Virus record (IMG/VR): IMGVR_UViG_3300023109_003296
Coordinates: 25,845 to 89,844 of that record
Direction: 5' to 3' (one strand)
Length of the DNA stretch: 64,000 bases
Source of the DNA: a virus
Shown here: in pieces, positions 58,123 through 64,000 of the stretch
Layout: each line of letters starts with the position of its first letter
Position numbering within the stretch: position 1 is the stretch's first letter
Notes under the pieces: model-generated
Databases searched by the model: none
What the model was told of the DNA's origin: nothing
Seen by the model: only the letters and a program-made list of their open reading frames with translations
Program-made: the position numbers and the translations under genes

Positions 58123-60070
58123 TGTGATAGAGTATTGCGGCTGAATAATTATCTAACTCATGTTCGGCTGATATATCAAGTATCTCAGGCAAAACATTTA
58201 AATGTTGTATGTCTTCCAAGTTAGATACACAAGAAACAGCTTTTTGCGTCCAATTTTCAACACTTGTAGAACAAACTATAGCCTCACACAAACTATCAAG
58301 CATTTTCTCGTTTCTTTTGGTGAATCTTTTTATGCTTAATTTGTCCTTCATTTCCTTTTTAATTTCGGCTCTAACCGTTTCAAGATTATGAATTGTTTTT
58401 TCTATATTTTTCCTAGAATACTTAGCTTCAGAGTTTTCTTGAGGTATTCCTGATGTACCTTCTGGTCTTCCAGGTTGTGCATTTGGTCCTTCATTTACAT
58501 CGTCTCCAGCTGGCTCAATCATAGGCACTCCACCCACGATAGGGTTGTAATAACCCTCTTCTCTCTGCTCTATAAATTTCTTTTGGGCTGGCCCTATAGC
58601 TTCCACTTCTGGGAATTTTCCAGTGTGGAACATTTCCATTCCTTGTTGAGGTGTAATAATACCAAGCTCCATAAGTCTTGTGGCAACTTTCATAAGCTGT
58701 GTTTCGTCTCTCATATCCACATCCTTAAATACAGCTTCAGGATAAGATCTAAAGCCTAACTCTTTCGAAATTCTTTTGATTTCTTTTTGTAAGAAGTCTG
58801 CCAAGAAAGCGTTCCTGGCTTCTTTAAGTCTATCAATAAATATCTGAGCCTTAACTTGTGTTGCGCCGTATTTTTCCTCGCCAACAACAACGTTTTGCAA
58901 TCCCTGTTTGATATCTTCGTTTAGTACTTTGTATTTTTCAGAGCCAAGAACTTTATTCAGGTCTGGTATAATAAATTCCGCTTTGGTTGTATAATCTGAC
59001 ACAAGAACACGCCCGACACTCTCATTCTTGAAGAGGCTTTGCATGGCGTTTAGGTTTTGTGCATTTATACCTCCTTTGTCAGGTTCTGCACCCATTGTTA
59101 TTAAAAGTATTACGTTTTCAATGGTTCGTGTTATTGCTTGATCCATTTTTTTAAGTTCAAGCTTTGCATTAATGTCCTCAAGAACTGGGTATCCAAATGG
59201 AATAGCAAATGGTTCGTAATCCTGCTTCTTGTAAAACGAGTGTGAAACTTTTTCTGGGTCCAACTTAATTTTCAGACCGTCTGTGTTATAAGCTCCTCTT
59301 TTTATACTATCTTTTACATCATCTGGTAAAGAGTCAAAGATTTCCTTATCCTCGTCTGTCGATGGGTTCTGAAGTCTTGCCATTTCATACTCAGAAAGTA
59401 TTTTTTCATAAGCACCGTCATTAAAAGAGGAAGCTCTGGTAGCTACAATGTCATAAGGATTCATTAGTATGTAACGAATCGGAACAGTATTCTTAGAAAT
59501 CCCAGTTGGGGTAATAGATTTAACTAAATCTACGAAATCATCGTCTCTAAACTTACCATCAAGTCTATACATGAATATATTTCCACTTCTGTAGTATTCT
59601 CTAAAGTATTGGTCTTTTAGGTTTGTCAGGTTTATTTTCTTAAACCATGAATTAAAGAAATCCCTACTTTTCTTAGTTCCTCCTTGCAAAAACAAATCTG
59701 TGTTGGCAAACTCAGACATAATGTCGACAGCGTTTCTGAAAACAGAGACGTTTGCATACGCTTTCTGACAAAGTTCTATGGCGTCTCTAACATTTACCCC
59801 ATCAGCTGAATACTTGTATGGAAGGAGTCCGCTTCTAATACTTGAAAACCTATCTGACTTCTTATCTAGTGCAGCTCTATTAAATCTAGTTGCCCCTTGT
59901 GCGGATGTTGATCTGGACGCTCTTGATGTCTTAAAAGAAGCTGAGGAAGTATAAAAAGGCTCACCCATAAGGTCTGGGTTGAAATCTTCGGATGGTGTCT
60001 GGATTGGCTGTTGTTCTTGATCGAACTTATTCCAGTAATCTGACTTTTTTGTATATTTTCTTTTCGCCAT
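58106..60070 (-). CDS. Portal protein
   Basis: 654 aa between terminase and protease; FRNAVDIM; EYYRSGNIF; YKKQDYEPFAIP. Confidence 0.78.
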   Translation of the reverse strand: MAKRKYTKKSDYWNKFDQEQQPIQTPSEDFNPDLMGEPFYTSSASFKTSRASRSTSAQGATRFNRAALDKKSDRFSSIRSGLLPYKYSADGVNVRDAIELCQKAYANVSVFRNAVDIMSEFANTDLFLQGGTKKSRDFFNSWFKKINLTNLKDQYFREYYRSGNIFMYRLDGKFRDDDFVDLVKSITPTGISKNTVPIRYILMNPYDIVATRASSFNDGAYEKILSEYEMARLQNPSTDEDKEIFDSLPDDVKDSIKRGAYNTDGLKIKLDPEKVSHSFYKKQDYEPFAIPFGYPVLEDINAKLELKKMDQAITRTIENVILLITMGAEPDKGGINAQNLNAMQSLFKNESVGRVLVSDYTTKAEFIIPDLNKVLGSEKYKVLNEDIKQGLQNVVVGEEKYGATQVKAQIFIDRLKEARNAFLADFLQKEIKRISKELGFRSYPEAVFKDVDMRDETQLMKVATRLMELGIITPQQGMEMFHTGKFPEVEAIGPAQKKFIEQREEGYYNPIVGGVPMIEPAGDDVNEGPNAQPGRPEGTSGIPQENSEAKYSRKNIEKTIHNLETVRAEIKKEMKDKLSIKRFTKRNEKMLDSLCEAIVCSTSVENWTQKAVSCVSNLEDIQHLNVLPEILDISAEHELDNYSAAILYHSDEKK

Positions 60071-60091
60071 AAAAGATTATACACGGAAAAG

Positions 60092-60117
60092 TTCAAAGTT
60101 AAACTTTTAACTTTGAA
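60092..60117. repeat. Perfect 12-bp inverted repeat TTCAAAGTTAAA-CT-TTTAACTTTGAA
   Basis: Read directly, upstream of the portal gene. Confidence 0.88.
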
Positions 60118-60125
60118 AAGTCACT

Positions 60126-60644
60126 TTAAGGTACGAAATCTATCATTAAAATAGTTCTTCTTTTTCTGCTTTTATTCCAGGCGTGATGAAGTTTTCTGTC
60201 ATCAAAGATAAAAGACTCTCCATCTGTCCATCTATATATTTTATTTTCACAAAACAAACCTATATTACCAACAGGACAATCAATACCCAAGTGATATCTT
60301 AAATGCGCTGTTTTAAAACCATAGTGAGGTTTCAATACTGCTCCAGGCTCCATTCTTGAAAATGCACAAGCACCATGAGTAGGTATATTTTCCCTAATCA
60401 ATTTTGTTGTTAAAGGCACTAGAGGTTGAAATACTTCCTCAATATCAACACCCATTCTATCTCCAATGCTCTCTGTTCTTCTATCAAAAACAGGAAACAG
60501 AGTCCATGTGTCTCCATTGTTTATATATGTAGATGGCCATGAAGAAAAATTGTCAGCTATGTTTTCATATTCAGCTTTAATATCTTCCCATCTGTCCTCG
60601 ATAGGCTTAAACCTCTCCTTTAGTTCTTCAAAATCGTATTCCAT
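60126..60644 (-). CDS. Aspartyl/asparaginyl beta-hydroxylase-family 2OG-Fe(II) oxygenase
   Basis: FSRMEPG..LKPH; LRYHLGI; WTDGESFIFDD; HHAWN; RTILMIDF. Confidence 0.88.
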   Translation of the reverse strand: MEYDFEELKERFKPIEDRWEDIKAEYENIADNFSSWPSTYINNGDTWTLFPVFDRRTESIGDRMGVDIEEVFQPLVPLTTKLIRENIPTHGACAFSRMEPGAVLKPHYGFKTAHLRYHLGIDCPVGNIGLFCENKIYRWTDGESFIFDDRKLHHAWNKSRKRRTILMIDFVP

Positions 60645-60649
60645 TTTTT

Positions 60650-61120
60650 TTATTCTATAAAATCTATTATTAATATAACTCTATCTTTTTTTGTCTTGTT
60701 CCAAGCTTCGTGTCTTTTTCTATCGTCGAATATAAATGACTTGCCGTTTTCCCATTTATACACTTTATTTTCACATTTTAATGCACAATTACCATCAGGA
60801 CAATCAATCCCTAAATGGTATCTCAAGTGATCACTCTGATCTCCAATATGAGGTCTAATTATAGTATTAGCCTCTAATTTAGAAAATGCTGCAGTACCAT
60901 GATTAGGAACATACCTTTTAATTAATTCTAATGTCCTTGGAGCTAATTTATAAGCTTGTTCTATTTGCGTCGGCATGGGCCAATTAAAAAACGGAAACAC
61001 TTTCCAGCCTCCATTATCATACAAGAATGTTTCTGGGTAATTACCCATTTTTTCTTTTATCGATTCATACTCTTCTTTGATTATGTCGAAATTGGCTTCT
61101 AGAGACTTAAAATCTTGCAT
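60650..61120 (-). CDS. Aspartyl/asparaginyl beta-hydroxylase-family oxygenase, paralogue
   Basis: FSKLEA..IRPH; LRYHLGI; WENGKSFIFDD; HEAWN; RVILIIDF. Confidence 0.88.
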   Translation of the reverse strand: MQDFKSLEANFDIIKEEYESIKEKMGNYPETFLYDNGGWKVFPFFNWPMPTQIEQAYKLAPRTLELIKRYVPNHGTAAFSKLEANTIIRPHIGDQSDHLRYHLGIDCPDGNCALKCENKVYKWENGKSFIFDDRKRHEAWNKTKKDRVILIIDFIE

Positions 61121-61122
61121 AT

Positions 61123-62982
61123 CTAATCTATAAACATAGGTGTAAATGTACCCTGGCTTGATTCAATCTTGTCATCCATCATGTCGTAGTAGACATTCAT
61201 CATCCAATTCCCCAGTATCATTGCTGAGTAAGAGTCTTTCCTTGCTTTATCTGCACTGCTTTGTTTTCTCAGGTTTATTGGCAAATCAAAACTTTGTGTT
61301 CCCTGAACAGATGTATTTACTTGTATCAAAGCACACTCGACCTTAATAAGATCCATCATATCCTTTTGGTGTTCAACAAAATCAATCATTTTGGAAGGTT
61401 CGGAGTTGTTTTGATAATTTGGCAGAAAGCTCAATTTTTTTATAGGTATTTTTGCTTTTCTTTGTTTATTGTAATCATCATTCATGGCTGCGCCAGCAAA
61501 GAATATCCTCTTATGATCAAAAGAAGCTTGTAGTAATTCGTTAGCGTATCTAATCCATTTAGAAGTTGGCTTCCTTAGGAAAACATAAGTACTTGTGTCT
61601 TTGTTATACTGTCTTTTCAAACTTCGTAAGCCTTTGTCGTATTCTTGATGGTTGTCAAGATCAGCATCTATTACATTTAGTTTTAATTTTTTTCTTTTAA
61701 ATATACTACTCTCATTACAGGAGTTTAAGAACTGCACACCTCCATTATAGTCACCTACAACTGATACTATATTGAAATGCGTCAGAAGGTAAGCCATGTA
61801 CTCTATATGTGTTTTTAGATTAGCTCCTGGCAAAGCGTAACTATGAACCACAGTTCCTTTTTTAGATTCCTTGTTAAGCTTTATAAGCATAATAGCAAAA
61901 TCATCAGATGATTCACTCTCAGACCAAGACGGGTCAAAAGCAAGTATGTATTCATCCTGTGGTAGCCCAATAACTTCAACAGACTGACCCTCTCCGTCTG
62001 GAATTGTACATTCAGCCATTTTACTAACCTTGAAATAACCAGAACTATCATCTGTAAACACAGCCATAAACTCTCGGTCGAACTGAGACTGACTCATCGT
62101 CGCCTTTGCTTGGTCTATAAGGTTTTGATCATAAAGCTGTTGAGGCGCACAGTCATAACTAAAGTGCATTATTGTCCTGTGAGCTTTATCTTGTTCGTTT
62201 TGATTTAAGATCAATGATTCATATTGACTATACATCTTATACAAATGCTCAAACTTGTAAGAAGCAGATGACAACCCTATAATTTTGTTGTTAGGCCACT
62301 TTGTTCTTTCTTCTTCGGTCAACTTGCCTTGTTTTATCATCTCTGTTTCAAGATCATAAGTTTCTTGCCTCTCTGTTGGGTTCTTGATGACAGACAAGAA
62401 CGGCATGATAACCTCATTCAAAACCTTTTCAGGCATGAGTAAAAGCTCATCAATAATCATTCTCTCAAAACGGAAACCACGAAGCTTCTCTCCATCTCCT
62501 AAAGGCAAAGCAGTAATTTTGCTGGTTCCTATCTCCATGACCCATTGGTCATTAGCTTTAGACACCCTAGTTATACATTGAGATAAAAATTCAGCCTTTG
62601 GGCTTTGAGCTATCTCTTCCATCTTAGTAAAGATCATTTTTGACTGTCGAAAGGACTTAGATATGATTCCTATGTGGACACCTTGGTTCATAATAGCGTC
62701 TAATAGCGCAAAAACGGCCGTAGAGAAGCTTTTAGACATTCCACGACTCCATATCCCCAAAAAGTAATCGGTCTCCATCATGCCCTTAATAGCCATGTGC
62801 TGGAAGGGGAACAATCTGACCCCAGTTATGAACTCCGCAGCAAAAGATGGGTTCTGTCGTAGAAATTTATAAAACAGTATTTTAGCTTCATCTTCCTCAA
62901 GGTATCCTTCTATCTCTAAAAGCTCTTTATTAATATCTGGGAACCTATTTCTAGACTCTTGTATTCCTTTTATCCAACTCAT
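61123..62982 (-). CDS. terL: Terminase large subunit
   Basis: LFPFQ; SRGMSKS (Walker A); LRGFR; IIDE (Walker B); LSSA; FDREF; AFDP; VGDYNGG; RKDSYSA. Confidence 0.92.
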   Translation of the reverse strand: MSWIKGIQESRNRFPDINKELLEIEGYLEEDEAKILFYKFLRQNPSFAAEFITGVRLFPFQHMAIKGMMETDYFLGIWSRGMSKSFSTAVFALLDAIMNQGVHIGIISKSFRQSKMIFTKMEEIAQSPKAEFLSQCITRVSKANDQWVMEIGTSKITALPLGDGEKLRGFRFERMIIDELLLMPEKVLNEVIMPFLSVIKNPTERQETYDLETEMIKQGKLTEEERTKWPNNKIIGLSSASYKFEHLYKMYSQYESLILNQNEQDKAHRTIMHFSYDCAPQQLYDQNLIDQAKATMSQSQFDREFMAVFTDDSSGYFKVSKMAECTIPDGEGQSVEVIGLPQDEYILAFDPSWSESESSDDFAIMLIKLNKESKKGTVVHSYALPGANLKTHIEYMAYLLTHFNIVSVVGDYNGGVQFLNSCNESSIFKRKKLKLNVIDADLDNHQEYDKGLRSLKRQYNKDTSTYVFLRKPTSKWIRYANELLQASFDHKRIFFAGAAMNDDYNKQRKAKIPIKKLSFLPNYQNNSEPSKMIDFVEHQKDMMDLIKVECALIQVNTSVQGTQSFDLPINLRKQSSADKARKDSYSAMILGNWMMNVYYDMMDDKIESSQGTFTPMFID

Positions 62983-63899
62983 AATTCTTTTAAGTGTTTA
63001 GACCAGAAATAATTTATATCAGTCTTCCAAGATTTCTTACCGCAAACAAGTAGTTTAGGAATAAGCTCTTCACTTAACTCTCTAGAACCAGCGAATACAA
63101 ATTGACAACAGTCCTTGTATTGTTTTTGTATTTCACGCATATTATGAAGTACATAATCAAGTTTATACTTCTTGTAGCTTTTGTAATTGCACTCATCAAT
63201 GCCTTCAAACGAGAATTCCATTACCACAAACAAATAAGCCCCCAAAGACCTACACCTATCAAGCTCTTTGCAAAAACGAGAATACCCTACTGTAGTTGTG
63301 CCACAAAAATCACCAAATGACTTTCTGTCGACATAAGTATAATCATAATCTTTTGCAGTAACACCATAATCCCCGACATCCAACTTAAAAGACTCTGAGT
63401 TTTTAAAAGAAAGAGGTTGTTGCTCTCTAGTATCAATTAATATTTTAATATTAGAATAATCATTAAAGAACTCTTTTGGCAATTGGCTCCCTAGCAATGG
63501 CATTACGCCAGCCTTATCACATGCATATGTGTAACTGCCAAAATACTCTTTGTAAACTTCAATTGATGGCAATCCAGCTGACCTTAGCTCCAACTCCGTT
63601 GGGCCATAGCCCATATCTTTATTAGATACTCTCTTTTGTAGTATTTCAATTAAGTACTCTCTCACTTCCTGGGCTGGTGACTTGTTCACCCACTCCATGA
63701 GTTGGTGTGGTTGAGAGAAATCTTTCGAAAAGTAATCCTTATAGTTCTTAAAGGGGAGAAGGTCTCCCGTAAGCTTGTTCTTACGGGCGTAATGCTTTAC
63801 GTAGTAATCCCCAAGAAACATGTCGTGTTTCTTTACATGCGTGTGGAGACCTCTTTGTGAATCGAAGTCCTTCCCACATTCTTTGCATTTAAATGACAT
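62979..63899 (-). CDS. C2H2 zinc finger plus ERCC4/XPF-type nuclease
   Basis: CKEC-x12-HTHVKKH; IDTREQQP; LDVGDY; VDRKS..D. Confidence 0.78.
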   Translation of the reverse strand: MSFKCKECGKDFDSQRGLHTHVKKHDMFLGDYYVKHYARKNKLTGDLLPFKNYKDYFSKDFSQPHQLMEWVNKSPAQEVREYLIEILQKRVSNKDMGYGPTELELRSAGLPSIEVYKEYFGSYTYACDKAGVMPLLGSQLPKEFFNDYSNIKILIDTREQQPLSFKNSESFKLDVGDYGVTAKDYDYTYVDRKSFGDFCGTTTVGYSRFCKELDRCRSLGAYLFVVMEFSFEGIDECNYKSYKKYKLDYVLHNMREIQKQYKDCCQFVFAGSRELSEELIPKLLVCGKKSWKTDINYFWSKHLKEL

Positions 63900-64000
63900 C
63901 GTCTTGACTTATACCTAAAATTCTAGCTTTCCACTCAGCCATACCCTCAAGCCTTTCTGCTTCTTTTTTGACTGTCTCTTTTTGCATTTCAGCAATCCTC
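63889..64000 (-). CDS. C-terminal end of a hypothetical helical protein (partial)
   Basis: ...RIAEMQKETVKKEAERLEGMAEWKARILGISQDDVI*, overlapping the next start. Confidence 0.55.
   Translation of the reverse strand, partial: RIAEMQKETVKKEAERLEGMAEWKARILGISQDDVI

Noticed and set aside
316-62982. Inteins or introns in the helicase, RNR or terminase genes
   Set aside because: Lengths are normal, catalytic motifs are contiguous, and no splice-junction or homing-endonuclease motifs are seen.

Overview
This window is a gene-dense, AT-rich piece of a large tailed dsDNA phage genome (Caudoviricetes, standard genetic code). It is probably siphovirus-like because no sheath gene is seen. From left to right: (i) replication/recombination genes (primase fragment, DnaB helicase, endonuclease, RecA/UvsX); (ii) an 8-gene glycan cassette (Gmd, C4-epimerase, GT11, methyltransferase, GT32, two GT2, GT6) whose motifs suggest a blood-group-A-like epitope; (iii) a class Id-type ribonucleotide reductase; (iv) a divergent origin-like intergenic region; (v) a + strand unit (dNMP kinase, sigma factor, SSB, GT4, Hsp20 with a sigma-54-type promoter); (vi) a morphogenesis module with terminase, portal, protease/scaffold, capsid, neck, a 3175-aa tape measure and five tail-tube paralogues. 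Two of those paralogues, and one minor tail protein, are fused to BspA-type leucine-rich-repeat cassettes (up to 3172 aa). Two Asp/Asn hydroxylase-like genes and four APH-fold kinase genes (three lacking the catalytic Asp) sit inside the structural module. A bipartite phage promoter candidate (TCA-N16/17-TGTAA) recurs, including inside the protease gene. All calls come from motif recognition by eye; no searches were run.
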